Shown piece by piece: positions 39,510-52,861 of a stretch of 64,000 nt of DNA. The number at the start of each line of letters is the position of its first letter. Positions within the stretch are counted from its first letter, which is position 1. The stretch lies in NCBI GenBank assembly GCA_013239625.1, contig MU054187.1, positions 22,695,280 through 22,759,279 of the forward strand, given 5' to 3'. A program made the translations under genes and the position numbers. The DNA comes from Lama guanicoe (taxonomy: Eukaryota). The notes under the pieces are model-generated. The model saw only the letters and a program-made list of their open reading frames with translations. It ran no database searches and was not told where the DNA came from.

Positions 39510-41195
39510 TGTTACTGGGGAAAGAAAAAGAAGAATTACCTCGGTTCTTAGTCATCCAAAAAAAGAGTTTTTGACGAGAGACAAAAAAGGGTGACATAAG
39601 CAAGATTTTTTAGTGAAGTGAACAAAATAGTGAAAGATAGTGCACTCCTGAGAACTGGGAGCGGGCCAGTCTGGGAGCGGACAAATGGCACAATTCCTTT
39701 GTTTTTCCTGTTTTGTATCCTGGTTTCTTGAGTGATTGACTGATTGACTGATTGACAGCTCAGGCTCCCTGTGCTCTGGATTGCTCCTTTCCCCTTCCTC
39801 TCCCCCTGCCCAGTGCTCATTTCTGTTTGAGCTACCTAACATTTCCCCCTCTAGTCACAGGACCCCAAATCTTTGGGATGTAGAGGGTGATGACTGCTCT
39901 AGTTCTTCCTGCTGATCTGGGGCGGTGATGGGGCTCATGGGGGTCCCAGACTAGCTGGCTGTTGCTGGGCAGGTGGTGAGCGAAGGATCAGTGTCCCTTG
40001 AGGGGCTTGTATAAAAGCTGTCTTGGCTGATTGGTTGATGAACCTTGTTGTAAAGCCATTTGAAGTTTGACTCTAGATGAGAAGAAACACATTTTATAAG
40101 AAGGTTGAAAAGCTAGAGGTCAAAAATCTAGCGCTAATCCAAGCCAAGGGAGGAAGGAGGCAAACAAGGGTCATACCTGATCTCAATTAAAAAAAACCTG
40201 TGGCAGATTTGTCCCTCATATGAGCTAAGGTAAAGAGGCTTATCTAACAGGGATCCACCGTCCCCTAGGGTGATGGAACTGTCTCAGCAGAGTGTTGCTT
40301 GAAAAGCATTTGCAGATCACCAACAGGTTCACAAGAATATGTGGCTCCCATCAGTGAACCAAGTCTCATCAAGGTTTCCCAGGGATTGGTCGGTGAGATC
40401 TGTTCTAGCTCCTAGAGAAATGGGCAGGGTCTCATGACATAGGTGAAAGGGAAGAGGCTCATCTGGTGATGGTAATAGCGTAGCAGGATTGAGTGTGCCA
40501 CAAACGGAGACAGTGACATCTGGGTTTTCCATTAATAATGCCTGATATTTAAGAAGCCAGGCATCTGAGAGCCAGAAATGTCCCTTTCCTTTTAAAAGGT
40601 CAGAAACTTGGTTGTTAGTGTATACTTGTATAGGGGCCCCCAGAGTTAGCTTAGAAGCTTCCTCCAGGAGCGTGGAGAGGGCTTCCAAAACTCTTAGCAG
40701 GAAGGCCAGCCTCGAGCATTGAGATCTAGCCACTTGGAGAGGTATCCCATGGCTGCTGGGTAGGACCCAGCCATGGGGCGAGGCCACCCAAGAGAGGACC
40801 TTCCTTTCTCATAAACATGTAACTGGAAAGGCCTTGTGGGTTCTGGGAGCCCCAAGGCCAGGGATCTTACTAGGAGATTTTTTAACTCTTCCATTGCTTC
40901 CTGTTGGGAAGGACCCCACTGGAGAAGTACTGAGTCATCCTTACCCGTTAAGCTGTCATATAGAGGTTGGGCTATAGACCCATAGTTAGGAATCCAAAAC
41001 CGACAGTAACCTGTTAGGCCAAGAAATGCCCTGAGCTGCTTTCAAGTAGTGGGATTAGGGAGTTGTAAGATTCCCTGAATTCATTCAGGGGAAAGGCTAT
41101 GGTTTCCAGGAGTCAGAACAATCCCTAGATAAATTACCTCTTGTTTGACCCTTTTGGCTTTCGACCTGGAAACTTTATATCCCCACTCGGCCAAG
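39510..41195 (-). mobile_element. Deleted gammaretrovirus-like ERV (partial pol, env tail, PPT, 3' LTR)
   Basis: pol peptides GYKVSRSKA..KQEVIYLG, QLRAFLGLTGYCRFWIPNY, LNPATLLP, WFTDGS; env-tail-like FNLLIKCVSS/KLQMALQQG near 40040-40110; PPT agagggggaaa at 39842-39852; LTR TG..CA at 39841-39510. Confidence 0.92.
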
Positions 41196-41487
41196 ATTTG
41201 ATTAATTCTATGTATTATAATACCCTTAGGAGACAAGGAATAGAAGATAAATTCCTTAATTTGGAGAACTTATATACCAAATTCTAATTGCAAGCACCCT
41301 TGATGGAAAAAATGTATTCTTCTTAACATCAGGAACAAGACGAGCGTATCTATCTCTCTTCACTGTTTTACACAATATTGGATGCTCTGACAAACACCAT
41401 AAATAAAGAAAAAAAGGGAAATGAAATGTAAGGACTAGTAGGAGAGAAATGCATCTGCTGTTCTTTACACAAATGATGATTATCTAC

Positions 41488-41929
41488 TGTGTTATTTTCT
41501 CGGGGCTGGCACAACAAATTAACTTAAGCTGGTTGGCTTAAAACAACAGAAGCCTATTCTGTCACAGTTCAGCTGGCCTGGAGTCCAAAATCAAGTTCCA
41601 AAATCAGCAGGGTTGATTCTCTCTTGACATTTTAAGGGATAATCTGTTCCATGCCTTTCTGCTGGCTTCTGGTGGTTGCCTTGGCATGACTGGGCTTACA
41701 TAGCTGCCTTGCCCCCAAATCTGCTTCCATAATCACGAGGCCTGTTCCACATTTGTGCGTTTTCACATGGCCTCTGTATAAGAACACCAGCCATTGGATT
41801 TGGGGCACACCTTAATCCAGTGTGACCTCACCTTACCTACATATGCTTAGACCTTATTTCTAAATATGATCACATTCTGACATTCTGAGTGAATATGAAT
41901 TTTGAGGGGACACTATTTAATTCAGTACA
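41488..41929 (-). mobile_element. MaLR solo LTR (MLT1 family)
   Basis: tgtgttattttctcggggctgg...ggcttaaaacaacagaa...ggggacactatttaattcagtaca; 5-bp TSD tctac. Confidence 0.9.
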
Positions 41930-42705
41930 TCTACACAGAATAAACAATCCAACAGAATAAAGTGGTAAAATTAGAATGAATGTAAAATTTCAGCAAAGTT
42001 GTCAGCTACAAAATCAACACTTAATAACCAATGACACTTCTCTATACTGTATCTAGACAATATAATCACAGATGAAATGCTCACAATAGCAACAAAATCA
42101 AAACATTTATAGGAATAAGTATAGCAGGGAATACACAAGGTATCTGAAGGAAATTTAAATGCTCTATCAAAGTATATAAAAAAGACCTGCATAAAAAGAA
42201 AGATTTCCATACCCTTAATGGGAAGACTGAATATTAAAAAGACATATATTTTCTTATTAAAGTATAAATTCAGTGTGATTCTAATCAAAATTCATGTAGT
42301 TTTGTTTTCTTTGAGGAACATGATAAACTTACTCTAAAATTCAAGTGGAAGAATAGAGATCTAGGACTAGGAAAGCCAATTGTGAAAGAGGAAAAAGGAG
42401 GGACACTGAATGTTTTACACATACAAATTAAAAAGTATGCATTACTTAAGCTTATTAGATTGATACCTATGGGAAGTTAGGAAAATAAGAATGAGAATTA
42501 AAGTTAATAAATACACAGATGAATGAAGAGGGCCCTTGTTCAGATCAATGTGTAAATAAACTGAGATTTAAAATAAGTTACTTGGTGAGCATGGAGTCAG
42601 AACAGAGGCATTTTTAAAGTGATTTCACTCTCCAAAAAAAGGATAATGCTTTTAACCTTATTTCCATGTATTAGGTATCTGTGTGTCAAGTCTGTATATC
42701 TCTAC

Positions 42706-42745
42706 AATCTACCTATCTACCTTCCTTCCTTCCTTCCTTTCTTTT

Positions 42746-42776
<31 letters not shown>

Positions 42777-42797
42777 CTCTTTCTCTCTTTCTCTCTT

Positions 42798-42836
<39 letters not shown>

Positions 42837-42857
42837 CTCTTTCTCTCTTTCTCTCTT

Positions 42858-42896
<39 letters not shown>

Positions 42897-42917
42897 CTCT
42901 TTCTCTCTTTCTCTCTT

Positions 42918-42956
<39 letters not shown>

Positions 42957-42977
42957 CTCTTTCTCTCTTTCTCTCTT

Positions 42978-43016
<39 letters not shown>

Positions 43017-43033
43017 CTCTTTCTCTCTTTCTC

Positions 43034-43067
<34 letters not shown>

Positions 43068-43125
43068 TTCCTTCCTTCCTTCCTTCCTTCCTTTCTCTCT
43101 TCCTTTCTTTCTTCTCTTTCTTCTT

Positions 43126-43171
<46 letters not shown>
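42706..43171. repeat. Compound CT microsatellite with a 60-bp higher-order period, followed by (TATC)n
   Basis: The 60-nt blocks starting at 42781, 42841, 42901 and 42961 are identical. Confidence 0.95.
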
Positions 43172-43172
<1 letters not shown>

Positions 43173-43720
43173 GTAGTTAGATGGGTGGGAGCACTGGGCA
43201 GTTGGGTGGAGAAGAGGAAGGATGGTCCAGAAGATGGAGGCATGCCCATCTCCAACATAAAGGAGCTTTACTTCCTCTAAAGGAGTGCCAGCAAGAAACG
43301 GGCTAGAACTCAACAGCTGCAATTGCATGCTAGTGAGAAGGACCTAATTGGACATGACCCAGGTGCTCATTGTAATATAATTAGCATTGTGGTTTAGACC
43401 CCCTAATGGGTTTTTCTATATGCATCACGGGTATGGACATGCACAAAGAGGGCAAACATGACCAACCATTCCAGGGGCAAGAGCCATTAATCAATCAAAA
43501 GACCACCTCTAAGCGAGGGTATAAGAGAAGGGGGCAAACCAAGACTGCCACTTTTTCCTCCCTTGGATCAGTCTGCCTCCCATTCTTGGAGGTGAACTTT
43601 CCCTTTGCAAATAAATTCTTTAAAATCTTTTGCTACACAATTCTCCGTCTCCCATCTGAATTCTTATCTTTCAGGTAAGACAAGAACTGGGGTCTTTCCC
43701 ACTCCCTCTTTGAGGTAACA
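43172..43720 (+). mobile_element. ERV1-type solo LTR
   Basis: TATA-like tataag at 43520, aataaa at 43610-43615, ends ggtaaca; shares gagcactgggcag with the LTR at 39510-39841; flanked by (TATC)n. Confidence 0.78.
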
Positions 43721-44458
43721 TATCTATCTATGTATCTATCTCTCATCTCTCATCTACCGTCTTTATTTATACTTCAGCATGTGAATGTGGTACTCACATT
43801 TAACAGATGCATAACTGTTGCTGAAGGAGGTCTTGTGTCTTTTCCCCTTCTCCTCTAGTGCAGTCTGATTTCTGCTTCCTTTGTGCCTTTGCGGTTCTTA
43901 GCTGCCTTGTCTGGTGTGTATTTACCTTCCTAACCATTACTGGGTATATTTTCACTCTTTCTGTTTTTTTCCCTCTAATCAGTTACTTCTTTACACCATG
44001 ACCCCCTGCTCCTTCTCAGAGCTCTCTGAGTATTGCTCATTTGCTTCCCTTGTGGACTCCCCTTGCTAGTCCTTCACCGTGACTGTCAGCAATCCTTTCT
44101 CACTCTCCTCTTGGACTGACACATTCTCCCGAACTACTAGCTCACCCGGCTGGATACGGAGACCTGGAGTTGTACTTCTCTGCACAGGCTCTGCTCTTGC
44201 TCACCTTCCTGACTCTGCTTATCCCCTCTCAGCCTCGACGGCCTTTCCCTTCTAACCCTCTGCTCAGTGTTCATTCCCTTCTTCACCCTACACACTCTCC
44301 TCCTGCCCCCAGGCAAATTCCTGGTTCGGAGTAAGCAGTTCATAAATATGGGTCAAATGAAGGAAAGGAATGGAAAGGAAAGGAGGAAGGAAAGGAGGAT
44401 CTCCTAGCAGACCACACAGGTGGGAAATGGCAGAGTTCAAGTTCAAATCTAGAACTTT

Positions 44459-44626
44459 TTTTTCTTTTAATTATAGTCAGTTACAATGTGTCAGCTTCTA
44501 GTGTACAGTATAATGTTTCAGTTATACATATACATACATATATCCGTTTTCATTATAGGTTACTACAAGATATTGAATATAGCTCCCTGTGCTATACAGA
44601 ATAAATTTATTTTTTAACCTATTTTA
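44459..44626 (-). mobile_element. Short L1 3' end with TSD
   Basis: TSD tcaaatctaga(a/g)cttt at 44443-44458 and 44627-44642. Confidence 0.9.
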
Positions 44627-44780
44627 TCAAATCTAGAGCTTTCAACTGCAGAGACTGGTCTCTCCAGTATATACTTGTTTTCCTGTCCAAACAGCAAAGC
44701 CCACACAAGCCATTTTGGGGACTGGGTAGGGGTTGGACCCTTCCTTTTTTCTACATATGTCTAGTATATTTACATATTTG

Positions 44781-45257
44781 TGTCAACTGAAATAAATGCG
44801 CAGCCTAAAAATTGAGAGTTCTGTTTTATTTGGCAGGAGGACTCAAGCCGGGATGACAGCCTCTCAGATGGCTCTGAGGGACTGCTCCCAAGAGTAGGAG
44901 AGGAGCTAGGATATATAGGAGCTTTACAACAAAGACCAGGTAGTTGGAACATTAAAAGATTACCATTAACTGAAGAAAACCAGGCATCTCAAGTTAAAGA
45001 ATTTAGCGCTTTTCTGTGTATGGGAGGAAGCAAACATTTGGGGTCACTGAATTCATTCCTTTGACAAGCACCTAGCTATGTAGGGCCGGTGTCCTGTCCT
45101 TTCTTATTCTGAGTCCCCTCAGGGGGCACCACTGTGAGTGGCTGCAGAGGCCGGGCTGTAGCCCTGTCTTCACTGGGAGGTGGTGGCAGCCGCTGATGAC
45201 TTGATGGCTTCAGCATTCTTTGTTTTCTGATATGGTTTGCAGTATTATCCATTCACA
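44781..45257 (-). mobile_element. ERV1 solo LTR (artiodactyl MER41-like)
   Basis: TG...CA termini, 4-bp TSD tttg, reverse poly(A) signal tttatt near 44826. Confidence 0.85.
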
Positions 45258-45775
45258 TTTGTATAGTCTATTATGTCAGTATATGCTAATATACAATTAC
45301 TTATTGACTTTAGCTTTGTAGGGTGACATTTTCTCAACTTATCCTGAAAGTCTGAGATTAATTTTTACAGTAAATCTATAATCTGTTGTCAATTGAATAG
45401 ATCAGTTATCTCAACAAATCATGTTAGCTATGTCTCTAAATCCTGACAACTATGTCTTCTTAGTGACTCTAACCAGATTGGTTACCCTTTTATGCTTCAA
45501 AATAGTCACTTAGCTCCTCTTTCACATTGATCCGTTGAATAAATATTGTGGACTTGCTAAATGCCAAGGAGTTATTGAGCACTGTGGATATTGCAGGAAA
45601 AAAAAAAACAGACCACATGTCACCATTTAAGGAGCCAACATGGGAGATTATGGGAGGAGTCAGACAATACATTAAAAATACCATATAATATCTGATGGTG
45701 GTAACTGTCATGGAGGAAAATAGGGCAGAGCAGCGGGTAAGAATGAGGGTGGGAGCAGAAGGTCACTATTTCAGG

Positions 45776-46365
45776 TGAGACTGAAAGGGAGCAGGACCCT
45801 GTGCCCCCCCAACCCTGGCCTCTTGTTTACAGAAAAGCTGAAGTCTCCCAGCCTTCCTGAGTCATAGAAGAGCAGGCTCACTCAGTTGACCAGGACAAGC
45901 CTGCTGGTATTGGGGGATGGCAGTGCCTCTGACCACCTATCTCAGCAATTAACTGAGATTATTCCTTCATTTCCCTTTGAAATGTTCATGGCTGAACAGA
46001 ATCTTGGGAGACGGTTATTTTTCAGAGGATGCTGGGTCCACCAGACTGCCAGCATTCTGGTTAAAAGCAACTTTCCTTTTTGTTACCAAGGCTGTTGCCC
46101 CCAGGATCACACCCCTCCCCCTCCCTTGACTAGAGACCAATCACTCTTAATCTAAGTCTCAGGGGAAGAAACAAGGACTGGTTAGAACCTGCCCGATCCA
46201 GGATGGTGGAGGATTTGGCTTCCAGTGGATCCTGAGGCTCATTATATGCTCACTGTAACATATTAATGTGCTAAATGGCACACCCACCAGCGCCATGACA
46301 GGTGAAGGGTGCCATGACAACAGCTGGAGAAGCCCACACAAGGACTGAAGACCCTGCACAAGGAC
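45776..46365 (+). mobile_element. Partial ERV1-type LTR
   Basis: tgaaagggagcaggaccc...aatggcacacccaccagcgccatgacag, typical artiodactyl LTR text; 3' end not evident. Confidence 0.65.
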
Positions 46366-46369
46366 TGCT

Positions 46370-46720
46370 TTAGTGTCTTTGCTTTTGCTTTTGCTTCAGA
46401 GCTCTGGAACATTCTTTATCTAGATGTCAAAATAGCCTAATTCCTCACTTCATTTCAATCTCCGGTCAAAAACCACCTTCTATGAACAGCCTTCCAGATT
46501 ATTCCATTTGAAATATCAGACTCCATTACTTTTCATCCCCATAGTGTGTTTTATCTTTTCCTCCTAGAGCTTGTCACTCTTGACATCATATTCCTGGTCA
46601 TTAGTTGTTTATTTTTCCTTCTAGAATGGCGGTCTTTGTCTTCGATGCCATTTGTTACCAGATGCAGAACAGCATCTGGCATGTAGAAGATGCTCAATAA
46701 ATAATTATTAAGTGAAAGGA
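46370..46720 (+). mobile_element. L2 3' end
   Basis: Ends tctggcatgtagaagatgctcaataaataattattaagtgaa. Confidence 0.7.
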
Positions 46721-49700
46721 TCCAAGGAAAGCCTAGGCAAATTTACTTCTATGAATCGCTTAGGAAACATTGATCAAGTGCTTTCTATGAGCCAGGCACT
46801 ATTCTAAAACTCTAAGTAGATTTATTCACTTATTTCATCCTCTCAATATTTGCAGACGAGAAGACCAAGGCAGGGGGAGGCCATGTAACTTGCCAAACTC
46901 GCACAGCTAGTAGTGTTAGAACTGGATCTGAATCTGGATAATGTGGCTTCAGAAGCCGGCACTCATCTGTGTGTAACCGCACGTTGTATTTTTTTTTATG
47001 ATTCCTGTAGGATGTTAAAAATTAGTAGAGCACTATAGTGTGATATTAATTTTTTAAATTTGACTACTGCTCTGAACACTGTAACAAATTTTTCACTTGA
47101 ATGAACTTTAATATTACAGAAAGTTTTATTAGGAATTTCTGGATAAAATTATGGGAGAGGGAAAAATTTACTGAGCACTGATTAATTTGTGTAGGGCAGG
47201 TTGTTAGAGCAGTTAAATTTTTTCCCATTTTGGTGCATTCATTGGAAAAGTATTTTTAACTTGATTATTTTTTTATCCTCCCCCCACCCAGCCCCAAGAA
47301 GTCCAGAATGAGAGAAAAGAGAGTAATTCTCACATGGATAACCTTCACAGGGTGGCACAGAATGAGAAATAGGACAATGACTAGTTTTATAAGCCGCTGA
47401 AAACATGAACTTGGGAAAATTATTCCTAATAAGCAAGAGTGTTGAAATCTAAGAGGTGTGTGCAGGACAATCTGATGGAAATTCCACACCATTTCCCCCT
47501 CCTCTGCTTTCTCCTGAATTCTGGGTAGTAACCTTTTGCCAAATCTGTGCCAGCAGGGTTCTGGTTAAGATTCGACACGTGAGAGGCTCTTGTGCAAGAT
47601 CTGGAAGGTGGAAGAGCAGCAGAAGCCATTATTGTTCCTGCAGGCAAGTTCATGGGCTTCAGCAGATGGGCACCTGTGAATCCCTGCCAGCTGCATCCCA
47701 GCATCCACCCGTGAATCACCCACTCTGACTGCAGGCAGTTGAGCTCACTGGTGGTCCTGGCCTGTAAGCCTGCACTTTCAGATTTCCTGAAAACCAGCAG
47801 AGCCTTTCCCTGACCAGAGCTGCCCCAACCCTGTAGCTGCTTTTTGTAACTCGTTTGATTGAATTTATTTCTGCATGAACTACTTTAGACTGACTTCTGT
47901 TTTCTTCTGATCTGACTCCTGATTGCTCTACACACATGTTCTCAGGAAAACTATTTTCCCTTGATATGTGTTTTATAATCTGTTTCCTTCCACGAGATAT
48001 TTAAATTAAAACAAAAAACATTGTTTTTGGTTAGAAAATGAGTGAAGACATCCATGTCAATTACTGCCTTAAAATGTTCCATTTGGGTCATTAAAATGGG
48101 TAGGTCAAACCAGTTATTCAATAATTTATATTCATATCATATTTATAACTTATTTAGTACTCTTACTGTTTGTAGAATAAAGTGATGGAGATTTCCTTGG
48201 TAGGTAAGCGTTGGCAGATTTTCAATAGAAAAAATTGCAAGAGCCTTTCAAATACTGTTCAAAATTACTCGGATGCAACTAATCTCTTCTTCAAAGGAAG
48301 ATATTTGCACTGTCTCTTGATTCTTCTGGCCACTCCTAATTTCTATCATGTTCTATGTGATTAAGCCAAGGACAGACCAACAAGGACTCACCTTTGTATA
48401 GGGCTTTTAGTGTATAAAGTGCATTCCATATTTTGTCTCATTGGATCTCCACACACTTATACTCACTCCCTGTATGTTTTCATGATTTTCAGTACTTTCT
48501 CCTATTGTACTACCTACGCATTGCATTTATGTTTTTATGCCTTTTTCACTGCCTCTGTATTTCAAACTTTTCGAGACCAGGAATCATGTCCTAATGATTA
48601 TTGTTTGCCGGGTGATTCGCCCAGGGCCAAGCTCTGAGCAGATGGTCAGAAGAGATATATTTAATGGGCGGATGGAAGAGGCTGCGACTGAGTTGATCCA
48701 AGGCATTTTGGACTCTGAAATCCATGAAATCACTTTACTTCTCATTCAGAGTATATTTGTGATATCAATTAAATTGGTAAAATAATTGGAAAATAAATAA
48801 ATGATCATCAAACCCCACAACATATTTCAAGGAAACTCCTTGGCGTAACCAATACAAGGAGCAGGGGGGATTTGGCTTTATGATTATTTTTAACTTGTAT
48901 TAACCCCAATTTACCTTTTCAGACATATCTCCTTTATCTCTTCAACATAAATATTCCACGCCATCCAATAGCTGTGAATGACAGGGAGAAGGCTAAACAA
49001 AAATAATTCATGTTCTGTGCCTAGAAAACTTGACAAATGCTTCAGTGTCTGAGAAATTTAGGGAAGCAGAGGAAAAGCAGCGACAGATGGGGTGGTTTAT
49101 TTTGAGCCAGGTTTTAGGGTTAGGCAATCTTTGTGTTGATGGAGAAGAGGTGTTCATTCGGGAACAATGCCATATGCAAAGAGCTACTTTATTACAAGTG
49201 CGGAGGAGAAGAACACGTGTTAGGCAGGTGTTAGGAGTGCAACGCCTTGTGTAAGAGCCAGGAATTCAACAGGTACAATGAGGTGTGTTGAGCGCTGAGT
49301 AGCAGACAAAGTAAGTGATGAACTTGGTATTAAAGTTTTTGCTCAGAATATGCTGAAAGAATTGTCCCCTTGGTGCCAAGCCAACAGACACAAATCAGGG
49401 AGTAGGCAGGACTGAAGTTACCTCTACTGATCACCTGCTTTTGAGTATAAAGTATGTCTACCCTACAGGCCACTGCCCTGGTTTAGAACAATTGGTTGGG
49501 AACAAAATGTCCCAAGCACAGAAAAAAATGATTACCAATGCATCTGCTTCTGCTCAATTTCTTTTTAAGAAAAAGGGAAATAATGGAAGTCTTTCTATTT
49601 TTCCTGTTGCAGGTCAGGGTAAATGAATATAGAAAGTGTGTATCTTCATTTAAATGTTTAATTTTCAGGAACGGTGCCCCAAAACAGCTATTGGGGTGAA

Positions 49701-50827
49701 TGGAAAATGTAGTTAAAGTGAAAATGGACTTGGAATTAGGAATGAGGTTCCTTGATGAATGCATGGCAATTTCATAATTTTATTTTGTACCGAATTGAGT
49801 TCTTGCAGGTGTGTATACTAATATTACATGTTTTGCCTTGTATATCCATAGGAGGAAATTTTTTAAAAATTATACATCATCTTAATTATAATCAAAAGAT
49901 TTTGTGTGATTCAATCCACTATTCTTTTTTTTCCCCCCAAAGCAGAGTGACTTTATTTTTGTAGATGTTTCTTGCCAGATAAAGCACAGAGTCATCAAGA
50001 ATCGCTGTGATTGCCTAACAAAGCAGAAAAAAAACCCCAACCCTACCCTAAATTAAAAATAAGACTCATCTACTTTAATTATAAAATGAGAATGATTACT
50101 ACTATTACTGATTATTTAAATATTCATGAGAAAGTGTCTCCAAATTTAGATGTCTGTATTTAAAGATAAGGTAAGCTCACATTTCTTATAAGGAGATACA
50201 GCTAAGCTTTCTCCCCTGGTGGAGCTCTGGGAGGGCTGTGAAATCCATCTTTCTTGATTTCTGTACTTTTAAAAGGTGGTGAGTAGCAGTGAGGGAGTTT
50301 TTCTCCTGAGTCAAATGGAGTGGGTCAGGATGCTTTTGCCTTGGTTACACGAAAGTAATTTATTCTCTTATTCCTTTGGATGGCACATAATACCTCAAAT
50401 ATTGAATATCTGAATTTTGAAAACTGACATATTTATTTTGGCTTTAAAAATACCCACATAGAGAGGATGGAACATTGCCTGGTGCCCAGAAGAATTCTGG
50501 AACTGCCTGGAAAACGTTGGAAGATCCCGCACACCCTGAATGGACTGTTGTTCACATGTCTAAACGTTAGATCTAGAGTAGACTTTAGGAATAATCAAGT
50601 CCAAGCCATAATTTTAGTGGCAATGAGTTGAAGGCTCAGAGTTGAAGTGATAAAAGTCAGTTTTAGCAGCATAAATGAGATAAAAATCGAGGCTTCCAGA
50701 GCCCCAGGTTAATGCAGTTTCTAATGTTTTGCAATCTTTGGGCTTTCTTAGACTTCAGGGAGAAGCATTTCAACCCTCACATCTGGCTTTTCCTCCAAGC
50801 AAGATTATCAGTTAAGAAATGTGTCTC

Positions 50828-51361
50828 ATCCATTGACAGATGACTGGATAAAGAAGATGTGGTATATTTATACAATGGAATACTATTCAGCCATAAAAAT
50901 GACAACATAACACCATTTGCAGTAACATGGATGCTCCTGGAGAATGTCATTCTAAGTGAAGTAAGCCAGGAAGAGAAAGAAAAATACCATATGAGATCGC
51001 CCATATGTGGAATCTAAAAAGAAAAGAAAAGAAAAGAAAAGAAAAAGACAAATGAACATAGATACAAAACAGAAACAGACTCAGAGACATAGAATACAAA
51101 CTTGCGGTTGCCAGTGGGGAGTGGGGTGGGAAAGGACAGACTGGGAGTTCAAAATCTGTAGATACTGGCAGGCATATGTAGAACAGATAAACAAGATTGT
51201 ACTTTATAGCACAGGGAAGTGTGTACAAGATCTTGTGGTACCTCACAGTGAAAAAGAATGTGACAATGAATATATGTATGTTCATGTATAACTGAAAAAT
51301 TGTGCTCTACACTGGAAATTGACACAACATTGTAAACTGACTATAACTCAATAAAAAAAAA
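50828..51361 (+). mobile_element. Young 5'-truncated L1
   Basis: L1 ORF2 end, 3'UTR and poly(A); perfect 14-bp TSD aagaaatgtgtctc at 50814-50827 and 51362-51375. Confidence 0.95.
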
Positions 51362-52741
51362 AAGAAATGTGTCTCTGCCCACAGTATCCCTTCCTGTGAC
51401 CTTTCCCCAGGCCACTTTCTCACCCTGTTCCTTGTGCTTTGTCTTGTTACTCTTTGCCTTTAGAAAACCTGCTACCTCATTAAAGATTTCCTTAGAAATA
51501 CTTTCTAGTTAATTGGATGATAGGAAGGGATGGGGTAGAATGGGACAGATGGGTGAAAAGCAAGGGAGGTGGATCATCTTGTCCCTGACATGGAATATTC
51601 TGCTTTGTTTTGATCAATATTTTTTTTAATGCATATTACTGTTACTCCCCCTACTAGGTTTTGGGCACCTGGAGAGCAAAGGTTATGGCATTTTCTCATT
51701 TTTCTGTTCTTCGGTAGGAAAAGAAGAGCCCAATGAATATTGTAAGTGTCAGTACACTTGTATTCAAGTAGAGCTTCAACCAAAGAAGCAGCAGGACACG
51801 TACCACCACACAAGCTCTGTACCATTCTGGGACATAACCAAGTCGTGAAGCTAAGGACATATTTCCATCAATTTTTTTTGAACCTATAAAACCTGATAAC
51901 AAGACATACACAATCTTAAAAAGGTACAGCATATGTTGTCCAAAGTTTGGTTGGAGAAAGAAAAACCACTCAAGATATCTTAAGCAGAGAAATATTCAAT
52001 AAATCAGTTGATGAATTGAATTAAATTAGATGCATTTAATTCAATAAATTAAACTAGATAGTAAAGATAATTAGATGATGCTTACAAAACCATTGGCAGA
52101 GCTGGAAGAGTGAATATCAGAGTAGCGCCTTTCACCCTCGGGTGTTGTAGTTTTCAGAAACTCCCTGGAATCATATGAAACTTCTGGCTATGTTCACGGC
52201 TACTTCCAGAAATGAACGAGGGGATTCTCAGGAAAACACCCAAAGGCAGATGTAAAATATCCCTTGCTGAAGCCCATACACCTGTGGCTTCGTCTGCCTC
52301 CAGTGGAGAAACAACAATATGGTTTCTGCTACTCTCTTACCTCTCAAATTTTGTGCAAGTGCTCCCAGGAATTTTGAGGAATGTAGCTTCCAGCTCTTAC
52401 AACACTGAGGAGCATGGAGCAGGGAGAAATGGCACCAAGAGTCTAAAGACAACTGAATACATAACAGTTTCCCCAGCGTTTGATTCCTTTGCTTTCACCA
52501 ATTATTTTAGATTCTACTAATTAAAAAAAAATCCCCCAGGGTGTTATATTTATTTATTCATCTGGTGATTTGAGTATCTAGCTCATTTATGCATAATACA
52601 GTTCTGATTTTGCCAAGCAGAGTAGTTTGAGTATCCTGGAGAAGAATATCCTGGGGGAGAGAACGTGATATTCGGGCTATTGAAGGAATTCTTCAAATGA
52701 AAAAAAAAATGGCTCAACTCTGACAAAAATCCACCTCAGGG

Positions 52742-52861
52742 AAATATTTTGGCTTGAAAGAATTTTATTTTCTAAAGGAAAGTATGGTGAATGCAAAGCA
52801 TAAATATTTTGGCTTGAAAGAGTTTTATTTTTGAAAGGAAAGTATGGTGAATGCAAATGAT
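52742..52861. repeat. 60-bp tandem duplication (2 copies)
   Basis: aaatattttggcttgaaag...gaaagtatggtgaatgcaaa occurs twice, with 5 mismatches in 60 nt. Confidence 0.95.

Larger units (their letters stand above)
38810..42400 (+). mobile_element. Old L1 ORF2 region, fragmented by ERV and MLT1 insertions
   Basis: Pieces 38810-39509, ~41196-41487 (decayed RT: tcaggaacaagacgagcg...aaatgatgattatctac) and 41930-42400 are collinear L1 ORF2; (GAAAA)n at ~39087-39140. Confidence 0.8.
38594..50170 (+). pseudogene. Candidate fossil CNG-superfamily channel, + strand unit B
   Basis: S1-like 38594-~38740; S2-S3-like 45322-45480; S4-like from 47011 (MLKISRAL); S5-like from 47195 (CIHW); turret/pore/S6-like 48176-~48450; C-linker-like ~48640-49060; CNBD-like 49669-49808 and 49965-50170. 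Confidence 0.6.

Noticed and set aside
42619..43280. Three long overlapping ORFs (165-199 aa)
   Set aside because: Translations of a CT microsatellite; low complexity.
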